From assembly GCA_963752265.1 (NCBI GenBank), contig CAVVZW010000002.1, positions 5,262 to 69,261 on the forward strand: a stretch of DNA of 64,000 nt, written 5' to 3'. The notes below the pieces were generated by a model that was not told the DNA's origin, ran no database searches, and saw only the letters and a list, made by a program, of their open reading frames with translations. Below, one piece after another: positions 1 through 9,902 of this stretch (position 1 is its first letter; each line of letters starts with the position of its first letter). The translations under genes were made by a program, and so were the position numbers. This DNA comes from an uncultured Alphaproteobacteria bacterium. GTDB taxonomy: Bacteria > Pseudomonadota > Alphaproteobacteria > Rhizobiales > Xanthobacteraceae.

Positions 1-714
1 GATCAGCGTGGCAGGCCCGCCGGAGGTAGCCCCTTGCGAGGGATTCAGCGGGTGCGGGCAGTTTGAAGCGACCACGATCAGATTCATCTCCGCCCGCAGA
101 TCGGCGAAGTCGCCCGCCCGCTTGCAGCCCTCTTTCCAGAGAAAGCGCCCGGCATCGTCGAGCGCGACCGGCGCAAAAAAAGTGATGCAGGGCGAAATGT
201 CGCGGACGCCAAGCCCGATCTTGGAGACGGCAGCCAGAAAATTCTCCTGCGTGTTGCGCCTGCTCACGCCCGGCGAAGCGAGCACAGAGGCCGGCGTGGA
301 ACCGCCGACCAGAAGATCGTGCGCGCCGCTGGTATCCTCGATCAGCGAGAACACTACGTGCCCCATGTCGGACAGGATCACGCGGCCTTTCGAAATGGCG
401 GCGCTCCACTGTACTTTAATTGTATCGGCGCAGTTGATCCGCTCGGATGGATCTTCCTCGCGCCAGGCCAGCAGCGATACGCTGGCGTGGCCCGTATCGT
501 CGATGATCCGCAGCACCTCACCCCGGCGCAAAAGCAAGGTGGTGTACCAGCCGGCGGGCACCACCTCACGATGGATCACGGCATCAGGCGCAATCGGTGC
601 GGCATCCAACGCCGTCGGCTCCGGCAATCCCTTGGGCGTCAGTTCCTGTCCCGCGGCGCGAAGCTCTTCGTAGCGACGCCGGTTCTCGGCGATTTGCTGT
701 TGGGTCTGGGCCAT
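1..714 (-). CDS. Urea carboxylase-associated protein (DUF1989, UAAP1/CgdA-like), runs off the window edge
   Basis: Not in the ORF track (no stop in window). Manual translation from ATG 714: MAQTQQQIAENRRRYEELRAAGQ...ERINCADTIKVQW...GAHDLLVGGS...GDFADLRAEMNLIVVASNCPHPL. Confidence 0.8.
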   Translation of the reverse strand, partial: MAQTQQQIAENRRRYEELRAAGQELTPKGLPEPTALDAAPIAPDAVIHREVVPAGWYTTLLLRRGEVLRIIDDTGHASVSLLAWREEDPSERINCADTIKVQWSAAISKGRVILSDMGHVVFSLIEDTSGAHDLLVGGSTPASVLASPGVSRRNTQENFLAAVSKIGLGVRDISPCITFFAPVALDDAGRFLWKEGCKRAGDFADLRAEMNLIVVASNCPHPLNPSQGATSGGPATLI

Positions 715-731
715 CCTTCAACTCCAAACGA

Positions 732-1334
732 CTATTCAGTGATCGTGAAATGAGCCTCGACCGGCTTTCCTGCCTTGCCGTTGATCGGCAGAATGTCTTG
801 CGGACAGGCCGAAAAGGCGATGACGAGATCCATCTCCGCGCGCAGACGGACATAACCGCCCGGTATCGGCCGCGGCGGCGCGGCGAATTCCAGCGTCCCC
901 TCCCCGCTCCAGGGAATGTTCATGAACAGGTTAAGCGGACTTGGCACCTCGCCCGGCACCAGACCGAGTTCGGCCATGCCAGCAAAGAGATTGTCTGTAC
1001 AGTTGTCGTGATGGCCTTCAACGCCGAGGAACGCATAGCGATAGCGGTCGCACGCCGCGATCAGCGTATCGTGGACGCCGCCCGAGGTGTCTTCGATCAG
1101 GGTCAGGATCGGCCGCCGCTTGTTGGTCCGCAGCACGTCGCCGGGCCTTGGCACGAGATGCAGGCTGTGGGCGCGGGTGTGCTCGTTCGACATGAACTCG
1201 CCGAGATCCGCCCGGTTGAAGGCCCAGGTGTCGACGACCTGTTCGCCGTGGGTGTTGACGACGGTCACGCTCTGTCCGGCCGAGACGAATGCGGCCTTGC
1301 CGCGCCGCGCCGGAATTTCGATCAAGCTAGCCAT
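732..1334 (-). CDS. DUF1989 / urea carboxylase-associated family protein
   Basis: GEQVVDTWAFN, HDTLIAACD, HDNCTDN, PLNLFMN, LRAEMDLVIAFSACPQD motifs; start at MASLIEIP. Confidence 0.85.
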   Translation of the reverse strand: MASLIEIPARRGKAAFVSAGQSVTVVNTHGEQVVDTWAFNRADLGEFMSNEHTRAHSLHLVPRPGDVLRTNKRRPILTLIEDTSGGVHDTLIAACDRYRYAFLGVEGHHDNCTDNLFAGMAELGLVPGEVPSPLNLFMNIPWSGEGTLEFAAPPRPIPGGYVRLRAEMDLVIAFSACPQDILPINGKAGKPVEAHFTITE

Positions 1335-1359
1335 GGCAAATTCCCTCCCCGACTTTTGT

Positions 1360-2151
1360 TCAGCGCCTGCCGCCCGCGGTCTCTCCCGCGTATCGCTGGA
1401 TGAACTGCCGCGCGCGGTCGGTTTCGGGATTGGAGAAAAATTGCTCCGGCGATCCCGTTTCGACCACGCGGCCATGATCGAGAAACAGCACCCGCGTGGC
1501 GGCTTCACGCGCAAAACCCATTTCGTGCGTCACGACCACCATGGTCATGCCTTCGCGGGCGAGTTCGCGCATCACGACCAACACCTCACCGACCAATTCG
1601 GGATCAAGCGCGCTGGTGGGCTCGTCGAACAGCAAGAGGTCCGGCTTCATCGCCAGCGCGCGGGCGATGCCGACGCGCTGTTTCTGACCGCCCGACAGCT
1701 TGGCGGGGAAAACGTCGCGCTTGTCGCCAAGCCCGACTTTCGCCAGCAACGCCAGCGCTTCCTCTCTCACCTCGGCCTTGGGCCGCTTCTGCACTTGAAC
1801 CGGCGCTTCCATGAGGTTTTGCAGCACCGTCAGGTGCGGCCAGAGTGCGAAGTGCTGGAACACCATCCCGATATGGGTGCGGATCTGCGACAGCTCACGG
1901 TCGCCCATGACGACGCTGCCGCCGCTGATGCCGACTTCCTGGCCGTTCAGATAAATATGGCCGGCATCGGGGCGTTCGAGCCAATTGATACAGCGCAGCA
2001 GCGTCGACTTGCCCGAACCCGACGGCCCCAGCACGCAAACGGTCTCGCCCTTTTGAACGTGGAAGCTGATGTCGCGCAGCACTTCGAGATCGCCGAAGCG
2101 CTTGGATATGCCGACCACGTCGAGAACCTTGGTGACGTCTCTCACATCCAC
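1360..2151 (-). CDS. Polar amino acid ABC transporter ATP-binding protein
   Basis: Walker [34 protein letters not shown]. Confidence 0.95.
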   Translation of the reverse strand: MDVRDVTKVLDVVGISKRFGDLEVLRDISFHVQKGETVCVLGPSGSGKSTLLRCINWLERPDAGHIYLNGQEVGISGGSVVMGDRELSQIRTHIGMVFQHFALWPHLTVLQNLMEAPVQVQKRPKAEVREEALALLAKVGLGDKRDVFPAKLSGGQKQRVGIARALAMKPDLLLFDEPTSALDPELVGEVLVVMRELAREGMTMVVVTHEMGFAREAATRVLFLDHGRVVETGSPEQFFSNPETDRARQFIQRYAGETAGGRR

Positions 2152-2155
2152 TCCA

Positions 2156-2812
2156 CTACCGCCTCGCCGCCGCCATCCGATCGATCGTGTTCACGCCCGC
2201 CTCGATCACCAGACACAAGCCCCAATACAGGAACACCGCCGATATGAAAGCCGCGAACGGAACATAATGCCGCGACTGGATGGAAGCTGCCGCATGGGTC
2301 AATTCCGGCAGCGCGATGATGGTAAGAAAGGCGCTGTCCTTGACGATCTGGATCATCTGGTTACCGATCACGGGCCCTGCCGCCAGCAACAGCGGCGGCA
2401 GGATGATACGGCGAAACAGCGAAAGGTTGGAAAAGCCGAAGGCGGAGCCGGCTTCGATCGGCTCGCGCGGCTGTGCCGCCCAGGCCCCGCGAAGAATTTC
2501 CGCCATATAGGCCGCGTTGTAGATCGTCAGCGCCAAGAGCCCGGAGGTCCAGTTGTCGAGCCTGAGACCAAGCGAAGGAAGCCCGTAATAGACGATATAG
2601 GCAAACAGCAGGAACGGCACGCACCGCATCCCGTCGACGAAGCTGCGTGCGGCCCAGGAGAGCCACGGCTGCTTCGACATCAAAGCCGGCGTCAGGACAA
2701 ATCCGATCAGGAGGGCAGCTATGGCCGACAACAGCGACAGGATGGTGGTATTGGCGAGTCCGCTCAGGAGCAGGGAGCGCTCGCTCCAGACGATGCCGAA
2801 ATCATGGATCAT
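2156..2812 (-). CDS. Amino acid ABC transporter permease
   Basis: Hydrophobic; [10 protein letters not shown] and EAGSAFG loop. Confidence 0.93.
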   Translation of the reverse strand: MIHDFGIVWSERSLLLSGLANTTILSLLSAIAALLIGFVLTPALMSKQPWLSWAARSFVDGMRCVPFLLFAYIVYYGLPSLGLRLDNWTSGLLALTIYNAAYMAEILRGAWAAQPREPIEAGSAFGFSNLSLFRRIILPPLLLAAGPVIGNQMIQIVKDSAFLTIIALPELTHAAASIQSRHYVPFAAFISAVFLYWGLCLVIEAGVNTIDRMAAARR

Positions 2813-3456
2813 GCCGCAGCCTCGGCCCGGAGCTGACGCCGTTCGATCCAGCGCTGCAACGAAACCAGCAGGAATACGATCGGCGCGTACAGCGCGAGCG
2901 CGACCATGAACGGCGGCAGCGGATCATAGGTCTGGGCACCGATCCGCACCGCTGCCCGCGTGATATCGACGACGCCGACCACAGCGAGCGCAGGCGTCAC
3001 CTTGATCAGCAGCGACATTTCATTGACGAGACCGGGAAGACTGACTCGCACGATCTGCGGCAGCACGATGCGGCGAAATCGAAGCATAGCGTTCATGCCG
3101 ACCGACTGCGCGGCCTCATACTGGTCCTTCGGAAAATTCATCAGCGCCGCGCGCCAGACCTCGCAGTTGAACGCGGCCGTATTCATGACCAAAGCGAGAA
3201 TCGCCGCCGAGATCGGGTCCATTGCGATGCCGATATTGGGAAGCGCAAAGAATAGCAGAAGCAACAGGGTTACGAGCGGGGTCGCACGCAGGATACTGAT
3301 ATAGACGGTCACCACACGCGCAGCGACCGGCACATCGGCCCAGCGCAGCACCGCTAGCGCGAGGCCGATCGGCGAGCCGATCAGGATGCCGGCGAGTGAC
3401 AGCAACACCGTCACGACGGCACCCTGAAGAATGGCCAGCAGATCGCCCCAGCTCAT
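2809..3456 (-). CDS. Amino acid ABC transporter permease
   Basis: RATPL and QYEAAQSVGM (EAA loop). Confidence 0.93.
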   Translation of the reverse strand: MSWGDLLAILQGAVVTVLLSLAGILIGSPIGLALAVLRWADVPVAARVVTVYISILRATPLVTLLLLLFFALPNIGIAMDPISAAILALVMNTAAFNCEVWRAALMNFPKDQYEAAQSVGMNAMLRFRRIVLPQIVRVSLPGLVNEMSLLIKVTPALAVVGVVDITRAAVRIGAQTYDPLPPFMVALALYAPIVFLLVSLQRWIERRQLRAEAAA

Positions 3457-3477
3457 GACCGATCAGCCGGTACTGAG

Positions 3478-4344
3478 TCAGAACTCGGGGTCCCACTTCG
3501 CCGGCAGGTCCGGGAACGAATTGCCGAACCACTTCTTCTGCAATTCGGCGAAGCGGCCGGTTTCCTTTTCCTTGGCAATGAAGCCGTTCAGGAAGTTGAG
3601 CAGCTCGGTATTGCCCTTGGCGACGGCCCAGGCCGGGAACGACTTGCCCGACACCGCCTGCCCCAATTCAAACACGGCGGGCTTTTCGGCTACCATCGTC
3701 TGGAGGTTGACAACGGTGTTGACGACATAATCGACGCGGCCGAGCGCCAGATCCTGGTAGGCTTCTGGATAGGAGGTGTACTCCACGACTTTGCCGAGCT
3801 TTCCGCCTTGCTTCTCCAGCATGGCGCCGAGTTCGGGCAACCGCGCCAGCAACGCGCTGCCGGCCTGTACGCCGACCGTCTTGCCGTTCAGATCCTTGAT
3901 CGACGAGATGCTCTTGTCGTCCTTGCGCTTCACATAGAAGTGGGTCGCGTCCGCAATTGGGCTGGTGAAGTCAAGCGACGCCAGCCTTTCCTTCGTGATG
4001 ATGACGGCCGTGATGGCGGCATCGTATTTGCCGGTGCTGACACCGGCGAGAATGCCGGTCCAGGGCAGGATCTGTTGCTTGACCTCGAACGGCGCGTATT
4101 TTTTCAGGTCTTCGATCATCTCGTTATCGAAGCCGGTCGGCTGGCCGTCCTTGACGAATTCGAAGGGACGGAAATCGTCCTCGGTCGCAACGATCAAGCC
4201 GCGTTTCTTGATTTCGTCGAGGCTTGCGGCCTGTGCGGCACCAAGCAACGCAGGAGCCGCGAACCACGCGGCGGTCACGCCCAAGGCGATGTGTAAAGCA
4301 AGACGTCTGGACAGTGAATGGCAGGTCTTCGAAACGGTCGTCAT
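3478..4344 (-). CDS. Amino acid ABC transporter substrate-binding protein (family 3)
   Basis: Signal peptide; TEDDFRPFEF, GFD, DLNGKTVGVQAGS; RBS GAGGAG before ATG 4344. Confidence 0.92.
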   Translation of the reverse strand: MTTVSKTCHSLSRRLALHIALGVTAAWFAAPALLGAAQAASLDEIKKRGLIVATEDDFRPFEFVKDGQPTGFDNEMIEDLKKYAPFEVKQQILPWTGILAGVSTGKYDAAITAVIITKERLASLDFTSPIADATHFYVKRKDDKSISSIKDLNGKTVGVQAGSALLARLPELGAMLEKQGGKLGKVVEYTSYPEAYQDLALGRVDYVVNTVVNLQTMVAEKPAVFELGQAVSGKSFPAWAVAKGNTELLNFLNGFIAKEKETGRFAELQKKWFGNSFPDLPAKWDPEF

Positions 4345-4367
4345 GATGGACTCCTCTTTTTGGCAGA

Positions 4368-5201
4368 TCAATCGAACTTAAATCCGTGTCGTCGCAGATA
4401 GGGTGGGAACGCCGCGCCTTCGGCCTTCGCCGCCTGACGGGCCTTGTCTTCGGACCAGCCGTAAAAGCTCACCTCACCGAACTCGGCGTTGGATCGCTGC
4501 TGGTCCTTCGGAATGGCGTGGCGCGCGTGCCTGCGGCGGTCGTAGTCGTCGAGCGATGCCGCTAGTGTGCTGTCGTCGTAACCGTCAGTGTGCGTCGTCA
4601 CGCCGCGCGGCAAACGCAGGCTGACATGACCTTCGGCAGCCGGATAACCGAGACAAAGCCCGGCGACGGGAAAGACGAGGTCCGGCAGCGCCAGAATGGC
4701 CGCGACCTTGTCGATCTCGTTGCGGATCACGCTGATCGGGCAGACGCCAAGCCCGCTCGATTCCGCGCAGAGGATCATGGTCTGCATCGCCAGCGCCGCA
4801 TCGACACTCGCATTGAAGAATCCTTCCAGCGTGCCATTTGCGACCGGCTTGTCGCGCAGTCGGCCGATACGATGGAGCCGCCTGGCGTCGCCGAGAAACA
4901 CAAAAAACACCGGCGCAATGCCGATCCAAGGCATGCCTGGAAACAGCTCGCCGATCGCGGCGCGCTTCCCGGGATCGCGCAAGCGCAGGATGGAGGCCTG
5001 CTGGAAATCCGATTTCGCCGATGCGCTGAGGGCACAGGCGGTCAGAAGATCCAGCAATTCCTCACTCGGCATTGTCTCGCCGTAGCGCCGCACCGTCTTT
5101 CGCGACAGCACGCGAGATATCAACTCATTGTCCCCGGCGCTCCCGCCTGAAGGACCGCCATCGCCGAAGCGATGGTTCAACGTATCTGCAATCGATGGCA
5201 T
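4368..5201 (-). CDS. NfsA/Frp-like nitroreductase / flavin reductase
   Basis: RKTVRRY, SAKSDFQ, DAALAMQT, AESSGLGVCPIS, GLCLGYP, RLP. Confidence 0.88.
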   Translation of the reverse strand: MPSIADTLNHRFGDGGPSGGSAGDNELISRVLSRKTVRRYGETMPSEELLDLLTACALSASAKSDFQQASILRLRDPGKRAAIGELFPGMPWIGIAPVFFVFLGDARRLHRIGRLRDKPVANGTLEGFFNASVDAALAMQTMILCAESSGLGVCPISVIRNEIDKVAAILALPDLVFPVAGLCLGYPAAEGHVSLRLPRGVTTHTDGYDDSTLAASLDDYDRRRHARHAIPKDQQRSNAEFGEVSFYGWSEDKARQAAKAEGAAFPPYLRRHGFKFD

Positions 5202-5322
5202 CAGCGTCGCTCCTGCTTGTCGCGACAGCTCTTTTCGTTGGCGATGACCGTGTCAACCCAAAGCTTCGGAACCATCGACCGGGACCTGGGGCAACTCATC
5301 ACCAACTCCATGAAAAATATGG

Positions 5323-5338
5323 AGCAAAGGACATGCCA
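5323..5338 (-). promoter_or_regulatory. sigma54 (-24/-12) promoter of the leftward operon
   Basis: Minus strand TGGCATGTCCTTTGCT fits TGGCAY-N5-TTGCW. Confidence 0.75.
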
Positions 5339-5445
5339 GATCGCGAACAGCGCGGCTTGCGCCGTGATCAACTGCGCGCTTTTGACGCCAAGTCCCTCTG
5401 GCGTTGCGGGGAATCGTACCCGCGACCTTCCCGTCACGCGAGCGA

Positions 5446-5470
5446 AAATACGAAGTATGCTTCGCAATTG
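5446..5470. promoter_or_regulatory. Palindromic operator copy 1 (likely MarR site)
   Basis: AAATACGAAGTATGCTTCGCAATTG, 23/25 identical to 6125-6149. Confidence 0.7.
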
Positions 5471-5571
5471 CGCCCGCCAGGCGGCCGACATCATAAGTTC
5501 GGCAATTCAAGGCGGCGGCTTTTCAGGCAGGCTGCACAGATTATAGCCGACAACCTCTCTGTCCGGATTGA

Positions 5572-6057
5572 TCAGTCCGGGGAGGCGGCTGTTTCTGCCT
5601 GGCTGGCGCGCGCAGCCACGACTTTTTGCATCATGACGATAAATCGCTTTTGCTCGGCGGTGCTCAGGCCCGCCAGCGTCTCATGATGCGCCGCCCGCGC
5701 CGAAACCTCGATCTGCTGCAACAGGCGCGAGCCGGATTTGGTCAGCCGGCACATTTGCGCCCGGCGATCCCGGCTATGCACGGTGCGTTCGATAAATTTA
5801 CGGGATTGCAACCGCTTAAGCGCGCCGGTGGTGGTGGTGCGATCGAGCATTACCTCCGCCGCCAGCGTGGTTTGATCGGCGGTTCCGCACCGGGCCAGCG
5901 CGGTCAGAAGGCTGTATTGCAGCGGCGTGAGATCAAAGGCCGCGCATCTTTCCTGGAACAACGCCACGTGGATTTGATGCAGCCGCCGGATCAGAAATCC
6001 CGGCCGTTTCTCCAGCGGCCAGTTACCTCTGCGCTGTCGTACTGCCTTCCCGATCAT
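5572..6057 (-). CDS. MarR family transcriptional regulator
   Basis: RPGFLIRRLHQ, LTPLQYSLL, LDRTT, DRRA winged-helix motifs. Confidence 0.92.
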   Translation of the reverse strand: MIGKAVRQRRGNWPLEKRPGFLIRRLHQIHVALFQERCAAFDLTPLQYSLLTALARCGTADQTTLAAEVMLDRTTTTGALKRLQSRKFIERTVHSRDRRAQMCRLTKSGSRLLQQIEVSARAAHHETLAGLSTAEQKRFIVMMQKVVAARASQAETAASPD

Positions 6058-6080
6058 GCGCGTTATATCCCCGTCATCGC

Positions 6081-6097
6081 TGCACTCAATTGATGCA
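6081..6097. promoter_or_regulatory. NtrC-like box
   Basis: TGCACTCAATTGATGCA resembles TGCACCA-N3-TGGTGCA; unusually close to the -24 element. Confidence 0.4.
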
Positions 6098-6102
6098 ACC
6101 TA

Positions 6103-6118
6103 TGGCACGAATGTTGCT
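6103..6118 (+). promoter_or_regulatory. sigma54 (-24/-12) promoter of the rightward operon
   Basis: TGGCACGAATGTTGCT matches the consensus. Confidence 0.8.
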
Positions 6119-6123
6119 GTATT

Positions 6124-6149
6124 CAAATACGAAGTATACTTCGCATTTG
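6124..6149. promoter_or_regulatory. Palindromic operator copy 2 (likely MarR site)
   Basis: CAAATACGAAGTATACTTCGCATTTG; perfect 14-bp core CGAAGTATACTTCG over the predicted +1. Confidence 0.75.
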
Positions 6150-6199
6150 GCCGGCTCTATAATCCACAATAAATTAAGCTCTGGAAGAGGAGATCAGAC

Positions 6200-7477
6200 A
6201 TGTCCGTGAACACCAGCTTCGACCTGCTGCTGCGCGGGGGCCGCGTGATCGATCCGGCCGCGGGCGTTGATGGTTTGAGGGACGTGGCGATCCGCAACGG
6301 CAAGATTGCCGCCGTTCAATCCGACATCCTGCCTACCAGTGCCCGCGAAGTCATAGACGTCAGCGGCAAGATCGTCCTGCCGGGGCTGATCGATACCCAC
6401 GCCCATGTCTATCAATATGTCACCGGCCGCTTCGGTGTGAACGCCGACATGGTGGGCGTCCAATCCGGAGTGACGACGCTGGTCGATCAGGGCGGTCCGT
6501 CCTGCATGACGCTGCCGGGCTTCCGGCATTTCGTCGCGGAACAGGCCAAGTCACGCACGCTGGCCTTTCTGTCGGCCTATCTGGTCGGCGGCCTGGAGGG
6601 ACATTATTACCCCAACCTCTATAGCCCCGACTGTGTCGAGATCGACGCCACCGTGAAGGCAGCCACAGCTAATCGCGACCTTGTTCGTGGCATCAAGGCG
6701 CATGCCGAGATTGGCGGCTTTGCCCGCTGGGGCATTCGCGTCATCGAGATGGCCGCCGAGATCGGACGCCGCGCCGAATTGCCGGTCTATGTTCATTTCG
6801 GTCAGCTCTGGGGGCTACCGGCCAGCGGCACCAATGGCGAAGACGTCGACACCATTCTTGAACGTGTGATTCCGCTGCTGCGATCAGGTGATATTCTCGC
6901 GCACCCGTTCACGCGTCACCCCGGCGGCTTCGTCAATCGCGAGGGCGAGGTGCATCCCGTCATTCAGGCCGCGCTCGACAGGGGGCTGAAAGTGGACGTC
7001 GGGCACGGCAGCCACTTCTCTTATCGTCTCGCCCGCAAGGCGATCGCCGCCGGCATCATGCCGACAACGCTTGGCGCCGACATTCACGGCTATAACACCC
7101 ACATCCCGGCGCCTGCGGGGACACCTGACGAAGCCGCCGACGACGAGAACCATCCGTTCGCGGGACAGGCCAAGTTCAGCCTGGTGCAGGCCATGAGTTC
7201 GATGATGGCGCTGGGCCTGACACTTGAGCAGGTCGTGCCGATGGTGACTTCGCATCCGGCGGAAATGCTCGGGCTTTCCGGCGTGATCGGCACGTTGCGC
7301 TCGGGCGTCGATGCCGACGTCACCGTGCTCGACGAGATGCGCGGCCGGTACATCCTGCGCGACAATGAAAAGACGGAAGTGGTTGCCGACCGCCTGTTGC
7401 AGCCCGTGTTCTGCTTGCGGGCCGGCGTCCGTTATGATGCCATCGCTCCGATCCTGCCGCGCGCGGTGGCCGCTTAG
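6200..7477 (+). CDS. Dihydroorotase-like / deacetylase amidohydrolase-superfamily metallohydrolase
   Basis: PGLIDTHAH, IKAH, VHFG, AHPF, DVGHG, GADIH metal ligands. Confidence 0.88.
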   Translation: MSVNTSFDLLLRGGRVIDPAAGVDGLRDVAIRNGKIAAVQSDILPTSAREVIDVSGKIVLPGLIDTHAHVYQYVTGRFGVNADMVGVQSGVTTLVDQGGPSCMTLPGFRHFVAEQAKSRTLAFLSAYLVGGLEGHYYPNLYSPDCVEIDATVKAATANRDLVRGIKAHAEIGGFARWGIRVIEMAAEIGRRAELPVYVHFGQLWGLPASGTNGEDVDTILERVIPLLRSGDILAHPFTRHPGGFVNREGEVHPVIQAALDRGLKVDVGHGSHFSYRLARKAIAAGIMPTTLGADIHGYNTHIPAPAGTPDEAADDENHPFAGQAKFSLVQAMSSMMALGLTLEQVVPMVTSHPAEMLGLSGVIGTLRSGVDADVTVLDEMRGRYILRDNEKTEVVADRLLQPVFCLRAGVRYDAIAPILPRAVAA

Positions 7478-7507
7478 CCGTCGGCGGCTAGTGGAGCTGC
7501 AAAACGA

Positions 7508-9902
7508 ATGGCATCCGTCGAGCGCGGGCCCGAGCCTGCTTCAACCACGGCGGCGGAATCGGGTCAGGGCGTAGGCGCCCGGCTCCTCCGCAAGGAAGAT
7601 GACCGTTTCTTGCGCGGCCGCGGCCAGTATGTCGCCGATATCAGACTGCCAGGCCTTCAAGACGTTGCCTTCGTTCGCAGTCCGCTGGCGCATGCCCGCA
7701 TAAAAGCCATCCACGTTCCCGACCGCTATCGTGACGTTGTCTTCACCGCCGATGATCTGGCCAATGTGAAGCCGATCCGCGCGGTGACGGCGCTGCCCGG
7801 TTTCAAGGTCTCCGAACAGTCCGTGCTCGCAAGCGGCAAGGTCCGTCATGTCGGCGAGATGGTGGCGATGTGCGTGGCGGAGACGCGGGCCGAAGCCGAA
7901 GACATCGCCGCCGCGGTGACGTTGGACCTCGAACCGCTTCCCGCTGTCTATGACATGCAAAAAGCGCGTGAGCCCGGTAGCGCGCTGGTGCACGAACACT
8001 GGGGCGACAATGTCTTCCTCGAAAGTTTCTTCGAGGTCGACATCACGCAGGCGTTCGACGCGCCGATCAAGGTCAGCCATGAAATCTCGACTGCGCGCCA
8101 ATGCATGTCGCCGCTCGAAGGCCGCGGGGTCGTGGCCACTTTCGATCACAGGCTCGATCAGCTCACGCTTTATACCGGCGCGCAGATGCCACACATCGTG
8201 CGCAACGGACTATCCGACACGCTCGGCATCGAGCAGGGCCGCATTCGCGTCGTGTCGCCCGATATCGGCGGCGGCTTCGGACACAAGGGAATTCTGCTGC
8301 CGGAAGAAGTCTGCCTTTCCTGGCTCGCGCTGTACAAAAACCTCACCGTCCGCTGGATCGAGGATCGGCGCGAGCATCTGAGCGCCAGTTCCAATTGCCG
8401 CGAGCATCACTACAAGATCACCGTCTATGCCGACCGCGACGGCAAACTTCGCGGCATCGATTGCGAGGCAACCGTCGATTCCGGCGCCTACTCGTCCTAT
8501 CCCTTTTCGGCCTGCCTCGAAGCCGCGCAAGTCGTCAGCATTTTGCCGGGCCCCTATCGGATGCCGGCCTATCGCTGCCGCACCTATTCGGCGGCCACCA
8601 ACAAGTGCCCGATTTTGCCGTATCGCGGCGTGGCGCGAACCGGCGTTTGCTTTGCGCTCGAACTCATGCTCGATGCGGTCGCCGTGGAAGCAGGGCTTGA
8701 GCCGCACGAAGTCCGGTCGCGCAACCTGGTCGCGCCGGAGGAAATGCCGTTCGAGAACATCACGAAAAAGCATTTCGACAGCGGCGACTACCCGGAAGCC
8801 ATGCGGCGTATGTTAGAGGCGGTCGACGTCGCGGCGATCCGCAAGCGACAGAAGACCGGAGAGCCGGATGGGCGGCGGATCGGTTTCGGAATGTCCGTCT
8901 ATTGCGAACAGGCGGCCCACGGCACGTCGGTTTACTCCGGCTGGGGCATTCCCATGGTGCCCGGGCACGAGCAGGCAACCGCACGGATGACGCCCGACGG
9001 CGGGCTGGAGCTGCGGGTCGGCGTGCATTCGCACGGCCAAAGCATGGAGACGACATTGGCCCAGGTCGCCAACCAGATCCTCGGCATCGACACCGCGAAA
9101 ATTCGCGTCATCCACGGCGATACCGCGATGACGCCCTATTCGACCGGAACCTGGGGTTCGCGCTCGGCAGTGATGGCCGGCGGCGCGGTCGGCACGGCCT
9201 GCGAGATCATTGCCGAACGGGCCAAACGCATCGGCGCCAAACTCCTGCAACTCGATCCGGAATCTGTGATCTTGCGCGACGGACGGGTCTGTGGACCGAA
9301 CAGCAGCATCGGCCTTCCCGAGATCGCCCATACCTGGTACCGGCGGCCGCAAGACTTGCCGCCCGACGTCGATCCCGCCGGGCTGGAAGCGACCGGTGGC
9401 TACAAGCCGCAACGCGACAGCGGTACCTTCAGCTATGCGGTGCATGCGGTGACGGTGGCCGTCGATCCCGACCTCGGCGACGTCGAGATACTGGACTACG
9501 TGATCGTTGAAGATGGCGGCGTGCTGCTCAATCCCATGGTCGTCGACGGTCAGATTTTTGGTGGCCTCGCCCAGGGCATCGGAACGGCGCTCTATGAAGA
9601 GATGCCGTTTGACGCCGCAGGCCAGCCGCTTGCCACAACGTTGGCGGATTATTTGTTGCCGGGACCGACGGAGGTCCCCGAGCCGCGCCTCGATCATATG
9701 GAGACGCCGTCGCCTTACACCATGTTCGGCGTCAAGGGCATCGGCGAAGGCGGCGCCATTGCGCCTCCGGCAGCGATCACCAATGCCGTAAACGACGCGC
9801 TGCGGCCACTTGGGGTCAAACTTCTGCATTCGCCGATTTCGCCGCGCCGGATTGTCAAAGCCGTGCTGGCGGCCCGGCGGCCGCAAGGCGAGACGCGTAT
9901 GA
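7508..9902 (+). CDS. Xanthine dehydrogenase-family molybdopterin-binding large subunit (reads in frame into the next gene)
   Basis: RKEDDRFLRGRGQYVAD, GGGFG, PYRGVAR, HGQSMET, GQIFGGLAQG, KGIGEGG. Confidence 0.9.
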
